64,000 bases of DNA from Bacillota bacterium (GCA_963666425.2 OY762825.2:1376001-1440000), one strand, 5' to 3'. Positions 29,850-40,656 are shown, numbered from the stretch's first letter. Translations and numbers: made by a program. Notes: generated from the letters alone by a model not told the origin.

Positions 29850-31250
29850 TTAATTTTCCGTCAGACGTTGACCGGTCAGAGGATTGAGTTCTCCTTCATC
29901 AACGGGTTCTCTGCCCTGATGCCAGAGATTCCTTTCCATGCGATAAACAAAACCGGCCGAACGTCCCACCCAATCGGCAAACATCGACAGCCAGATCCCC
30001 AAAACGCCATAGCCCAGCCTGACGCCCAACAGCCAGGAGCCAAAAATACGCAGGGTCAGCAGGCTGATAATGGATATAAGCATCGGCTGACGGGCATCGC
30101 CCACGGCACGCAGCGACTGCGGCAGCACAAACGCCGTCGCATAGAGGAAGGGATGAATCAGCACGCTGATGGTGAGGATGAGTTTTGCTGTTGCGGCGCT
30201 TTCCGCGGAAGGACCATAGCTGGCGATCATCGGTTCCAAAAATAGAAGCAGCGGCAGACCGATGGCCGCCTGCATCGCTGATGTATAAAGGCACATCTTG
30301 CGCATCAGGGATTTTGCCTGCCGATACAGTTTCGCACCGTAAGATTGACCAACCACCGTCACACTGACTATGGAAAAGGCGTTGCCCGGCAGATTGATGA
30401 AGCTACTAAGAGAAGTAACGATGGCGTTGGCCTGCAGCGCTGCGGTACCCATGCCGGACATAAAGACAGCCAGCAATACCTTGGCTCCCTGAAAAATCAA
30501 AGAGTCCACACCGGAGGGAATACCGATTTTCAAAATTGGCCGCAGCAATTCCATATCCAGGTTCAGACGCAGCTTCGGCAGCTGCAAGGTTTCGTCGGCC
30601 GTTTTCCGCCGCACCATATAAAACATAAAAGCCGCCGCGCCGATCCGTGCCGCCAGCATGGCAATCGCTACGGCATAGACACCAAGCCGGAAAACATAAA
30701 TCAAGACAGCCGCCACCGTCAGATTAATCAGATTCGATACAAAAGCCCCCATCATCGGCGTTTTCGAATTGCCGGCGGCTCTGGTCACCCCGGCACAAAC
30801 ACTGAAGACGCCTAAGAAAGCATAACTGACACCGGAAAACCGCATGTAGATTTCACCGGTCGCCAAGACATTGGCAGCCGATTTGCCATACAGGCCATGC
30901 AGGATTTGGCTGGCAAAACAGGTCGTCAAAGCTCCTACCAGCACAGCAATGCCCACGACCAGAACAATCGCCTGCGCCGCCGTTTCCCCGGCTTCCTTAT
31001 TCCGGCGGGCTCCGATGCGCTGTGCAACCACAACCGTCGCGCCGGAAGCCAAAGCATTGAAAAAAATAATGATCATGTTATTGATGGTGTCGACCAAGTT
31101 GACGCCGGCAACCGCATAATCACCCACATTGGAAACTAAAATGGTGGAAATAACACCGACCAGAATGGTTAATCCCTGTTCAATCAGGATCGGCCAAAAC
31201 AGCTGTAAAAATCGCTTATTCTCGGTTCCTAAAATTCTCTTCTTCTGCAT
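29850..31250 (-). CDS. MATE family transporter (tandem paralog 3)
   Basis: FWPILIEQ, VAGVNLVD, RAAGNSKTPM. ATG 31250 follows GGGAGG. Confidence 0.9.
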   Translation of the reverse strand: MQKKRILGTENKRFLQLFWPILIEQGLTILVGVISTILVSNVGDYAVAGVNLVDTINNMIIIFFNALASGATVVVAQRIGARRNKEAGETAAQAIVLVVGIAVLVGALTTCFASQILHGLYGKSAANVLATGEIYMRFSGVSYAFLGVFSVCAGVTRAAGNSKTPMMGAFVSNLINLTVAAVLIYVFRLGVYAVAIAMLAARIGAAAFMFYMVRRKTADETLQLPKLRLNLDMELLRPILKIGIPSGVDSLIFQGAKVLLAVFMSGMGTAALQANAIVTSLSSFINLPGNAFSIVSVTVVGQSYGAKLYRQAKSLMRKMCLYTSAMQAAIGLPLLLFLEPMIASYGPSAESAATAKLILTISVLIHPFLYATAFVLPQSLRAVGDARQPMLISIISLLTLRIFGSWLLGVRLGYGVLGIWLSMFADWVGRSAGFVYRMERNLWHQGREPVDEGELNPLTGQRLTEN

Positions 31251-31458
31251 ACCACTGCTCCTCCCGGATGATCGCTTGCTTAAAAAAACACTGCGCATGG
31301 ATCACTTGTTCCACGATTGCGGGGATGAATTGGATTCGATAAAAAACTAGCCTCTTTTAGGCTAGCATAACATGAGCCGCCCTTTTCCGCAAGATGACGC
31401 AGCCATAAGATGAGGCCGCCTGCAGAAGAAAAATAGTTCCCGCAAAAATAGGCAGCAC

Positions 31459-32832
31459 TTAAAAAGGAGGCAAAGTCCCTTCATCCAGCGGCTCTTTGCC
31501 ATGATGCCATAAATTGCGCTTCCAGCGATAGACAAAGCCAATTGTCCTGCCGCCCCAATCGGCAAACATGGAAAGCCAGAGGCCGAGCACGCCATACCCC
31601 AGTTTGACACCTAAAAACCAAGAACCAAACAAACGCAGAGCAAATAAGCTGACGATCGAGATGACCATCGTCTTCTTTGCATCCCCAACAGCCCGCAGCG
31701 ACTGCGGCAGGACAAAGGCGGTTGGATAGAGCAACGGGTTCACGAGCAAACAAATCGTCAGAATCAGCTTCGCCGTAGCGGCACTTTCCAGAGAAGGGCC
31801 ATAGGAGGCGATCATGCGATCCAGCAGAAGCAGAAAGGGTAGAATCAGCACGGTCATCACCGCGGAAGAATAAAGGCACAGCTTCGCCATTAGTTTTTTT
31901 GTCTGCAGATACCGACCGGCACCGTACGACTGACCAACAACCGTGACGCCAACAATGGAAAAAGCGTTGCCAGGCAAAGAGAAAAAATTGGCTAAAGAGC
32001 CGACGATGGCATTGGCTTGCATTGCCGCTGTGCCCATACCGGAAAGCAAAACCGCCACGACCACTTTGGCTCCCTGAAAAATCAAAGAATCCACGCCGGA
32101 AGGGATGCCGATATCCAGGATCGGCCGAATCAAAGCCATATCCAACTTCAGCCGAATCTTGGGTAAAACCAAAGATCCATCCGCTCTGCGCCGAACCGCA
32201 AACAGCATAAATGCCGCCGCACTGATCCGAGCAGCCAACATGGCAATGGCTACCGCATAGATTCCCATGTGCAAGCCATAAATCAGAACGACTGCTACAG
32301 TGATGTTGATGATATTGGCCAGCAAGGCAGCGATCATCGGTGTTTTTGAATTGCCGGCTGCCCGTGTCACCCCGGCGCAAACACTGGATAAACCGAGGAA
32401 CACATAGCTGGCACCGGAAAAATACATATATATTTGACCCATTTGCAGCACATTGGCAGCCGATTTGCCATATAAGCCATGTAAAATCGGTCCGGCAAAG
32501 CAGCCTGCCGCCAGCCCTACGACGGCGGCGATGCCAACCACCAGCACGATCGCCTGTGCCGCCGTTTCACCGGCCTCCTGATTGCGCCGGGCACCGATGC
32601 GCTGCGCCACAACGACCGTAGCGCCGGACGCCAGGGCATTGAAAAATATGATGATCATATTATTGATGGAATCGACGAGATTCACCCCAGCCACCGCATA
32701 ATCGCCGACATTGGAGACCAAAATCGTAGAAAAAATACCAACCAAAATAGTGAGTCCCTGCTCGATTAAGATAGGCCAAAACAGCTGCAGGAATTTTTTG
32801 TTTTCCGGTGCAAGCTTTTGCTTTTTCTGCAT
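31459..32832 (-). CDS. MATE family transporter (tandem paralog 2)
   Basis: Same motifs; ATG 32832 follows GGAGG. Confidence 0.9.
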   Translation of the reverse strand: MQKKQKLAPENKKFLQLFWPILIEQGLTILVGIFSTILVSNVGDYAVAGVNLVDSINNMIIIFFNALASGATVVVAQRIGARRNQEAGETAAQAIVLVVGIAAVVGLAAGCFAGPILHGLYGKSAANVLQMGQIYMYFSGASYVFLGLSSVCAGVTRAAGNSKTPMIAALLANIINITVAVVLIYGLHMGIYAVAIAMLAARISAAAFMLFAVRRRADGSLVLPKIRLKLDMALIRPILDIGIPSGVDSLIFQGAKVVVAVLLSGMGTAAMQANAIVGSLANFFSLPGNAFSIVGVTVVGQSYGAGRYLQTKKLMAKLCLYSSAVMTVLILPFLLLLDRMIASYGPSLESAATAKLILTICLLVNPLLYPTAFVLPQSLRAVGDAKKTMVISIVSLFALRLFGSWFLGVKLGYGVLGLWLSMFADWGGRTIGFVYRWKRNLWHHGKEPLDEGTLPPF

Positions 32833-33119
32833 TTTATGCCTCCGTAGCCGATTCCGCCCCCCAGGCCGGCTGGAATCGATGATCAATCTGTTTCGATCTG
32901 TCTGCTGGTCAGAAAAGAGGAAGAGAGTAAATATAAAATTAAGAATACCATGTTACGCTTCTTTCTGCAATCGAAATTGTTCAGGGAAATTGTTAGCTTT
33001 CTGTCAATTTCTAACTTCTCTGCCGAATCCATCCCAAAAAGCGCTGCCTCAAAGCAAAGCCGATAAAAAAGGAACCGTTTTCAAAAAAACAGCTCCCGTT
33101 TTATTTCTGTGCAGGTGTT

Positions 33120-34511
33120 CTATTCCGGCAGACTGGCCGGCTGCGCCGACAGATTTCCTTCGTCGAGTGGCAGCTTACCGCCGTGCCATTTGTTCTTCTC
33201 CAGGCGCCAAGTGAAGCCGATGGCGCGTCCCAGCCAGTCGGCCAGCATACCCATCCAAACCCCAAACACACCCCAACCCAGATAAATTCCCAAGAACCAA
33301 CCCACCAATAAACGCATACCGAATAAACTGATGACAGAAACCACCATCGTATATCGGGCATCCCCGGTCGCGCGCAGGCATTGCGGTAAAACAAAGGCCC
33401 AGGCATAAATAAACGGCTGCACTATGGCGCAAATCATCAGAATCCGATAAGCCAGCGCCGCACTTTCGGCAGATGCGCCGTAAAAAGAGATGAGCCCTTT
33501 CAGGATCAGCAGATAAGGCAGCAGCAGCACAGCTTGAATTGCGGCGGTGTAGAGATTCAATTTACGCATCCAAAGCTTAGCGGTATGATACAGTCTGGCG
33601 CCGTACGCTTGTCCTACCATGGTGACCGCAGCCGCCTGCATCGCATTGCCGGTCAGCCAGATATAACCGCCCGCCGAATTACAGATCGCATTGGCCTGCA
33701 ATGCGGCAGTACCCATGCCGGCGATGAAAACAGAAATTAAAACCTTGGCACCTTGAAAAATCAGATTATCCACACCGGAGGGAACGCCAATATTCAGCAC
33801 CGGGCGCAGTAATTTAAAATCAAGTTTGAGACGCAAAGCCGGCAGCAGCAAGGGGCCGTTTTTTTCTCTCTTGATGGTGAAAAACATGAACAAGCCGCTG
33901 ACCATGCGGGCAGCCAGCACGGCAATCGAAACCGCATAGACTTCCAGGTGAAAAATATAGATCAAAACAGCAGCAATGCTGATATTGACCAGATTAGACA
34001 GCAGCGCGGCCATCATCGGCGTGCGCGAATTGCCGGAAGCACGCGTAACGCCGGCCGAAACGCTGAATAAGGCCAGAAAAATGTAACTGATGGCGGAGAA
34101 ACGCAAATAAATGACGCCCACCTGCAAAACATTGTCCGCCGCGGAGCCGTAAAGCAGATTGAGCAGCGGTTTCGCAAAGCAAAAGGCGGCGGCACCCAAC
34201 AAAATCGAAGAACCAACAACCAGGACAATCGACTGCGCGGCTGTTTGACCGGCCTGCTGATTGCGGCCGGCTCCGATATGCTGCGCAACCATCACAGACG
34301 CACCAACCGCCAAGGAATTAAACAAAATAATGATCAGCTGATTGATCGTATCGACCAAATTGACGCCGGCTACGGCATAATCACCGACATTGGAAACCAG
34401 AATGGTGGAAACCATACCCACCAAAATGGTGAGGGCTTGTTCAATCAGGATCGGCCAAAACAGGGAAAAAAGTTTTCTATTTTCCGGGCTGATTTTAAAA
34501 TGATTCCGCAT
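33120..34511 (-). CDS. MATE family transporter (tandem paralog 1)
   Basis: Same motifs; start at 34511 or 34535. Confidence 0.9.
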   Translation of the reverse strand: MRNHFKISPENRKLFSLFWPILIEQALTILVGMVSTILVSNVGDYAVAGVNLVDTINQLIIILFNSLAVGASVMVAQHIGAGRNQQAGQTAAQSIVLVVGSSILLGAAAFCFAKPLLNLLYGSAADNVLQVGVIYLRFSAISYIFLALFSVSAGVTRASGNSRTPMMAALLSNLVNISIAAVLIYIFHLEVYAVSIAVLAARMVSGLFMFFTIKREKNGPLLLPALRLKLDFKLLRPVLNIGVPSGVDNLIFQGAKVLISVFIAGMGTAALQANAICNSAGGYIWLTGNAMQAAAVTMVGQAYGARLYHTAKLWMRKLNLYTAAIQAVLLLPYLLILKGLISFYGASAESAALAYRILMICAIVQPFIYAWAFVLPQCLRATGDARYTMVVSVISLFGMRLLVGWFLGIYLGWGVFGVWMGMLADWLGRAIGFTWRLEKNKWHGGKLPLDEGNLSAQPASLPE

Positions 34512-34654
34512 TTCCTCTACGCCCTCTCCGCGCATTTATTCTTACCGTTAGCATAACATGCACTATTCCGCTGCGCAAGCGAGTTTCAGAAAATATCTGA
34601 TTTCTGCCGAATTTGAAAAATCGCACTTTTTTCATTTACCTGCTCTATTGATTC

Positions 34655-36076
34655 ATGTTATACTGTAAGCCTAAGATTGAAAAAGAACGGTTGGTGAATC
34701 AATTGGTTAAGCTCGAACGAAATTCCGACTTTTACCGCCTTCTGCTGGCAATCACCTTCCCCATCGCGCTGCAGAATATCATCTCCAATGGCGTCAGCCT
34801 GATCAACAGCCTGATGCTGGGTCAATTGGGCAGCACACAGATTGCCGCGGTTTCTTTGGGCAATCAACCGAATTTTATTTTTATGCTGCTCACCATCGGC
34901 TTAGCCAGCGGCGCTACCGTCCTGACGGCACAATATTGGGGTAAACATGATATGATCGCCATCCGTCATGTGGTGGCGATCGTACTGCGCTTCGCTTTTT
35001 TTGCCTCTCTGGTTTTTGCTTTCCTCGTGGGCGTTTTCCCGGAACCGGTGATGCGGCTGTTCTCCTCAGAGCAGGATGTGATTGCCGAAGGGGTGCGCTA
35101 CTTGCGCATCGCAGCTTTTTCCTATCCCTTCTTTGGACTGACCAATACCATCCTATATGTTCTGCGCAGTGTGGAAAAGGTTTGGATGAGTTTCTGGATC
35201 ACCATCGTTACGTTTATTACCACCATTGCCTTTAATTGGCTGTTGATCTTCGGCAAGCTGGGCTTTCCGCCGTTGGGGGTTGTTGGCGCAGCCTGGGCCA
35301 ATGTATTGGCCCGTGCCCTGGCTTTTTTACTGGTGCTCTATTACCTGCTGGTCCATGAGAAACAAATCCATTTCCGCTTGAAAGACATTTTTCTGCAAGA
35401 CACCCTGCTGACTGCTGATTTCCTGCGACACTGCAGCCCGGTCATCCTGAATGAGTTCCTCTGGGGTTTTGCTTCTGCCGCGCAGAACATGGTCTTAGGT
35501 CATCTGGGCAAAGAAGGCGTCACCGCCTACAGCATTGCCTCCGCCGTACAGCAAATGGCCATGGTGGTCATGTACGGTATGGTCAGCGCTTCCAGTGTGA
35601 TCTTCGGCAAAGCCTTGGGCGCCAACCAAACCGAAAAGATCCGGCCTTATCTGAACACGATGAAGCTGCTCTCTCTGTTGGTCGGTCTGCTGGCCGCCGG
35701 CTTGATCTTACTTTTAAAAAATCCGATCATCGCGTTCTATCAGATCGACGCTTCCACCAAGCTGCTGGCGAATCAATTCATGCTGATCGTAGCGATCGTT
35801 GCTTTATTACAAAGCGCGTATTCACCGATCAGTCTGGGAGCGCTGCGGGCGGGCGGCGATACGCGCTTTGTCTTGTTTACCGATGTCTCCTTTATGTGGC
35901 TGCTCGGACTGCCTCTGGGTATCCTTGCCGCACAAGTCTGGCATCTTCCCGTCGTTTGGGTCTACGTCCTGCTCAAGATTGACGAACCGGTTAAATTGCT
36001 GCTGATTTATTGGCGCAGCAATGGCACAAAATGGATTCGTAATCTAACCAGAGAAATTGACGATACCGTGAGGTGA
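34655..36076 (+). CDS. MATE family transporter (divergent subfamily)
   Basis: PIALQNII, AQYWGK, NWLLIFGKLGFP..GVVGAA, LRAGGDT. The start may lie slightly downstream. Confidence 0.9.
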   Translation: MLYCKPKIEKERLVNQLVKLERNSDFYRLLLAITFPIALQNIISNGVSLINSLMLGQLGSTQIAAVSLGNQPNFIFMLLTIGLASGATVLTAQYWGKHDMIAIRHVVAIVLRFAFFASLVFAFLVGVFPEPVMRLFSSEQDVIAEGVRYLRIAAFSYPFFGLTNTILYVLRSVEKVWMSFWITIVTFITTIAFNWLLIFGKLGFPPLGVVGAAWANVLARALAFLLVLYYLLVHEKQIHFRLKDIFLQDTLLTADFLRHCSPVILNEFLWGFASAAQNMVLGHLGKEGVTAYSIASAVQQMAMVVMYGMVSASSVIFGKALGANQTEKIRPYLNTMKLLSLLVGLLAAGLILLLKNPIIAFYQIDASTKLLANQFMLIVAIVALLQSAYSPISLGALRAGGDTRFVLFTDVSFMWLLGLPLGILAAQVWHLPVVWVYVLLKIDEPVKLLLIYWRSNGTKWIRNLTREIDDTVR

Positions 36077-36082
36077 TTTGAG

Positions 36083-36913
36083 ATGGTGCATCTAATCGGA
36101 CTGCAAAAACAGAATACAGCGCTGCAATCTGCGGAATATCCTTTCAGTGTTGCCGTGATTCGTACTTTGCAGGCGCTGACCTTTCGCGCACCCGTTTGTT
36201 TTTGGGTGGGGGAAAATGGCAGCGGCAAATCTACCCTGTTGGAAGGTTTAGCCGCTAAATTGAACCTGCCGACAGTCGGCGCCAAACCAATCAGCACAGA
36301 CCCCAGCCTGGCAGCGGCGCGCAGTCTGGCGCAGTGCTTGCGACCTGTCTGGCAGAGCAAAGTCATCCATCGCGGCTTTTTCTTACGGGCAGAAGATTTT
36401 TTCGGCTTTATACAAGGGATGGGCCGCATGCGGCAGGAATTGGCGGCGGAAGAAGAGGACATCCGGCGTGAAATGAGCGAACTCGGTTCCTCCGCTTACG
36501 GCATCGAACTGGCAACCGGCTCCATGCGCGGCAACCTTAACGCTGTGACGAGAAGATACGGCGAGAATCCGGACGGCATGTCCCACGGTGAAAGTTTCTT
36601 GCACTTATTCAGCTCCCGCCTCAGCCCGAACGGTATCTACCTCCTGGATGAACCGGAAGCCGCCCTCTCACCAATGCGGCAGCTGGCTTTTCTGGATCTG
36701 CTGCTGCAAGGAGTGCAAAAAGGCAGCCAATTTATCATTGCCACCCATTCCCCCATTATTCTCTCCTATCCCGAGGCACAGATTTTTCAATTTGACGGCG
36801 GCAAATTAAAAGAAACCGCTTATCAGGACTTGGAACATGTCCGCTTTACCAAAGATTTTTTACAGAATCCCAAAGCTTTTTTGCATCATATCACCGATGA
36901 AAACCCGGAATAA
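36083..36913 (+). CDS. Stand-alone ABC-type/AAA_21 ATPase
   Basis: GENGSGKST, FLRAEDF, MSHGESF, LLDEPEAALSP, IATHSPI. Confidence 0.88.
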   Translation: MVHLIGLQKQNTALQSAEYPFSVAVIRTLQALTFRAPVCFWVGENGSGKSTLLEGLAAKLNLPTVGAKPISTDPSLAAARSLAQCLRPVWQSKVIHRGFFLRAEDFFGFIQGMGRMRQELAAEEEDIRREMSELGSSAYGIELATGSMRGNLNAVTRRYGENPDGMSHGESFLHLFSSRLSPNGIYLLDEPEAALSPMRQLAFLDLLLQGVQKGSQFIIATHSPIILSYPEAQIFQFDGGKLKETAYQDLEHVRFTKDFLQNPKAFLHHITDENPE

Positions 36914-37020
36914 AGATGCCTGCCGAACACTTCCACCTGCCAACTGCTGAGTTTCGTTCCCGCTGCGCCGGAGCGAACGCAGTTGAGATATGATTTTACA
37001 AGGAAAGGTTGTTTTGAGTC

Positions 37021-38040
37021 ATGAATTCCTCACCGTTAGCGCTTCTGAAAAAAGCAGGGAAGCGTTACTTCATTGATGCTATGGGCGCCATGGCATTGGG
37101 TCTGTTTTCTTCTCTGATTATTGGCTTGATCATCTCTCAGTTAGCCAGATTACCCGGCTTGAGCCTGCTGCAGCCGATCGGCGCCGCGCTCTCCGCAGCT
37201 TCGCCGGTCACCGGCTGCGCCATTGGCGTTGCCATTGCCTGGAGTTTAAAAGCCAAATCCCTGGTTCTCTTCTCCAATGCCGCGGTCGGGGCAGTTGGTT
37301 ATCTCGCCGGCGGTCCGGTCGGCGCTTATGTGGCGGCGGTGATCGGCACGGAAATCGGCGGTTTGGTGATTGGACATACGCCGGCTGATATTATCCTGGT
37401 TCCCTTATCCACGATCGTCAGCGGCGGTTTGGTCGGTGTCTGGTGCGGGCCTACGGTGCAGCAGGCGACGACTTATATCGGCAGTATTGTTAATGAAGCG
37501 ACGACCTTAGCGCCGATTTCGATGGGGATCTTCGTCTCCGTGATCATGGGCATTGTGCTGACCCTGCCCATCAGCTCGGCTGCTTTGAGCATCATGCTGG
37601 GCTTATCCGGACTGGCAGCGGGCGCATCCACGGCGGGCTGCTGCGCGCAAATGATCGGCTTTGCCGTGGCGAGCTTTCAGGATAACGGCATCAACGGCTT
37701 ACTGGCTCAAGGGTTGGGCACTTCCATGCTGCAAATGCCGAATATCATGCGGCGGCCGCAGATCTGGCTGGCTCCCACCCTGGCTTCCGCCATTACCGGA
37801 CCCTTAGCGACCAAGGTGTTTGCTATGAGTAATACTTCTTACGGCGCCGGTATGGGGACCAGCGGTCTGGTGGGCCAACTGGGAACCTTTGAAACCATGG
37901 GTTATTCCTGGGATGTTCTGCTGAAAGTCTTATTGATCTGCTTTATTTTACCGGCCATCTTCACGCTGTTCTTTCACCGCATTTTTCTCAAACTGGGTTG
38001 GGTCAGACCGGGTGACATGAAACTGAAAACCATGGACTAA
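37021..38040 (+). CDS. PTS EIIC-like membrane protein (PfoR-like)
   Basis: GAMALGLFSSLIIG, LTLPISSAA, GLGTSMLQ, GAGMGTSGLVG. Confidence 0.85.
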   Translation: MNSSPLALLKKAGKRYFIDAMGAMALGLFSSLIIGLIISQLARLPGLSLLQPIGAALSAASPVTGCAIGVAIAWSLKAKSLVLFSNAAVGAVGYLAGGPVGAYVAAVIGTEIGGLVIGHTPADIILVPLSTIVSGGLVGVWCGPTVQQATTYIGSIVNEATTLAPISMGIFVSVIMGIVLTLPISSAALSIMLGLSGLAAGASTAGCCAQMIGFAVASFQDNGINGLLAQGLGTSMLQMPNIMRRPQIWLAPTLASAITGPLATKVFAMSNTSYGAGMGTSGLVGQLGTFETMGYSWDVLLKVLLICFILPAIFTLFFHRIFLKLGWVRPGDMKLKTMD

Positions 38041-38299
38041 ACGCCGGCGGTGTCTTAAAAACGCAGCGCTTGTTTTAAATAGTCTTGGCATACGGCTGAA
38101 TCGTAAAAGATTCTACTGTATGCCTTTTTTTCTGGCTGCCAGAACAAACGGTTGTTCTTTGCACACGTGCACGGCTCATTCGACACAATACGACTGGATG
38201 CTGCCAATATTACCCATTGTTTTATCTTGAATTTATTCTGTTTTAAATATATAATCAATATGGTAATTAATGTGAATTCAGCATTGAGGGGGAACCGGT

Positions 38300-40432
38300 A
38301 TGAGCGATGATTGGCAAAGCTATTTTATATCTGTCCGGCGAGACAGCGGGCGGTTCGCGCACCGGCACAGCTCCGTCTTTGCTCATAGGTTCCGATGCTG
38401 CCTGACCGGCTGTCTGCTTCTTATTCTGCTCCAAATGCCGCTTTTTCTGCAGGCGGCAGAGGGAGATCCGACCGAACTGGATCTTGCCAAAGGCGCCATC
38501 ACACTGAATACTGACAGTATCAGCGGTTGGGCTGCCGACGGCAGCGAAATCACCGCGCTCAATCCATTTGGTTATCGCATCACAGGCAGCTTAAGCTCCG
38601 ATCTGCTGACCAGCGGCATTACGGTAACCGGCGGGCGGCACCGCGTGGAACTGCAGGGCTGTCTCATCTCTCTGACGGCAGCCGACAGCATTGCTTTACA
38701 GATTACGGGTGATGCTTCGCTGACGCTGGTCCTGGCCAAAGACAGTCTGAATACTTTCTCGGCCGCAGCCGCCGCAGTGCAGTTTGGCCGCGGTTTGCTG
38801 ATTGTTTGTGACGCTGCGCTGACGATTCAAGGCGAAGGCAGTCTGACGCTGCAATGCAGCGCCGGCAGCGCGGTGGTTGCCAGCAGAGGCAGCAACGATG
38901 TTCAGCATTTGAGCATCGAAGGCGGCCGAGTCAATCTGATCGGCGACAGCAACAAAGCCATCGGCTTCCAGGGCAACGGCGGCTCTGATTTTACGATGAG
39001 CGATGGCACAGTGACTGCCATAGAGAATATCTCCACCGGTATCAGCAGTTATCAGCGCTTCCAGATCAGCGGCGGCAGTTTACGCGCCACAACCAATTGC
39101 CTGGCAACCGCTCCGGCGCCAAACGACACCACCGCACTCTTTCGCCGCATACTGACAGGCTTGCCCAAAGCAAACGCGGTTGATTTTCTATCCGTCTCTA
39201 CTGCCGGTTCTGTCAACCACTACCATTTCGTTTCTACCTACACGAATGCCACAGAAGCCAGCGGTTATCTCTATTTATGGCTGCCGCTGGGACAAAATGA
39301 AATCATCTTACAGACAGGCGGTCAAACCTACCAACTGAACGCAGACTTCCATTCCGAACTCGCAACTTCACATACCATGACTGCCATAGAGCAGCCGCTG
39401 CTGCATGTCAGCGCTTCTGCAGCAGATTTATTTACCAACAGTCTGGCCGCAGCGCCCGAGACTGCCGTACCCGCCTCTACGCAGACACACCCGAGCAACA
39501 GCGAATTTAGCCTCACCGCCGAGGGAGAACGCTTTTGGTATTGGTATGACAGCCTGAATCGGCGTGTGGTTTCTCTGCAGCCCACTTACCAGGCGAGGCT
39601 TACCCGCGATACTTTTTTGGAAGCCGTTGAAAAACCGAGCGGCGAACCATTCTGCGTTGTATTTCTTGCTTTGGACGGACAAATCATCGCCACAAAAACG
39701 GCTGACTTGGGCAGTGTAAGCGCACCGCTGCAAATTCCCTACTATTACGGTTATCGCTTTACCGGCTGGTCGCAGGATTTGCAGCAAATTAACGCTCATA
39801 CGCTGGTGGAAGCGCAGTACAGCCGTGTCGCCGGTCCCTTTGCCATTGAAGTCACCAATCACGGCGAGATCACAGAGCCCGGCGGACAAACCCAGTATGC
39901 CTACGCCGCCAATGTCAGCGCAGCCGCCGCTGCCACCGTAGCCGGACAGGTCTTCGCCGGCTGGCAAGCGAACGGTCAGATTGTTTCGTATCAAAATCCC
40001 TATCGCTTTATCGTCAGTCACGCCGTTCGTCTGACACCGCTCTATGCGGCGACGGCGCCTTCACCGCTGCCGCTGGTTAGCCTGCCCTATCTGCAAAGAG
40101 AAACAAGCGAAGCGGCAGCCACTGCCGAAGCGGTGCATCTGATCACGGAATATGAGATTCCCGCCGGTTTCACCTCGCTGGAATGCGGTGTACTGCTGAC
40201 CTTCTCCGCAACGGAACCGAATCCGGCCGATTTGATTCCCGGCTCGGCGGCAGTGCAATTTCAGCGCAGTCATACTCCCAATCCGACCGGCGGCACATAC
40301 ATTGTCAGCACCTCCGCCCTGGCAGCCGAGACACTCTACGCCCGTTCTTATCTGATCTACCTTGATTCAGCCGGCAGAGAGCAGACTGTTTTCAGCACGA
40401 TGGTCTGTTCACCGGCTCATGACACGGAATAA
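38300..40432 (+). CDS. Secreted/cell-surface protein with beta-helix-like N-terminus and InlB-B-repeat-like modules
   Basis: Hydrophobic signal ending LQA-AE; repeated ISGG/IEGG turns; YGYRFTGW and QVFAGW modules; C-terminal YARSYLIY...G...VFS. Confidence 0.7.
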   Translation: MSDDWQSYFISVRRDSGRFAHRHSSVFAHRFRCCLTGCLLLILLQMPLFLQAAEGDPTELDLAKGAITLNTDSISGWAADGSEITALNPFGYRITGSLSSDLLTSGITVTGGRHRVELQGCLISLTAADSIALQITGDASLTLVLAKDSLNTFSAAAAAVQFGRGLLIVCDAALTIQGEGSLTLQCSAGSAVVASRGSNDVQHLSIEGGRVNLIGDSNKAIGFQGNGGSDFTMSDGTVTAIENISTGISSYQRFQISGGSLRATTNCLATAPAPNDTTALFRRILTGLPKANAVDFLSVSTAGSVNHYHFVSTYTNATEASGYLYLWLPLGQNEIILQTGGQTYQLNADFHSELATSHTMTAIEQPLLHVSASAADLFTNSLAAAPETAVPASTQTHPSNSEFSLTAEGERFWYWYDSLNRRVVSLQPTYQARLTRDTFLEAVEKPSGEPFCVVFLALDGQIIATKTADLGSVSAPLQIPYYYGYRFTGWSQDLQQINAHTLVEAQYSRVAGPFAIEVTNHGEITEPGGQTQYAYAANVSAAAAATVAGQVFAGWQANGQIVSYQNPYRFIVSHAVRLTPLYAATAPSPLPLVSLPYLQRETSEAAATAEAVHLITEYEIPAGFTSLECGVLLTFSATEPNPADLIPGSAAVQFQRSHTPNPTGGTYIVSTSALAAETLYARSYLIYLDSAGREQTVFSTMVCSPAHDTE

Positions 40433-40443
40433 AGGAGACGAAG

Positions 40444-40638
40444 ATGACAATTTTGAGTTCTGCACAAGAGAAAAAACCGAAACCGCTCAGCTCATCGCCA
40501 AAACGCAAGCCGTTTTTGCCGCCGGTTGTAGAGATTACTTATTTCTCCGCAGAAGATGTAATCGTTGCCAGCGGACCGGCGGACAGTTTCTCCACGCTAA
40601 GCCAATTGGGTATTCACCTCGACTACATCCCACGCTGA
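40444..40638 (+). CDS. Small 64-aa protein with F-x-x-P...EDVIVASG leader-like motif
   Basis: SD AAGGAG, 11 bp after the upstream stop, followed by a terminator. Confidence 0.7.
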   Translation: MTILSSAQEKKPKPLSSSPKRKPFLPPVVEITYFSAEDVIVASGPADSFSTLSQLGIHLDYIPR

Positions 40639-40656
40639 TATTTCCTGTTGAAAGAC

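Noticed and set aside
31481-32380. 299-aa alternative-frame ORF inside a MATE gene
   Set aside because: Out-of-frame overlap with no SD or motif.
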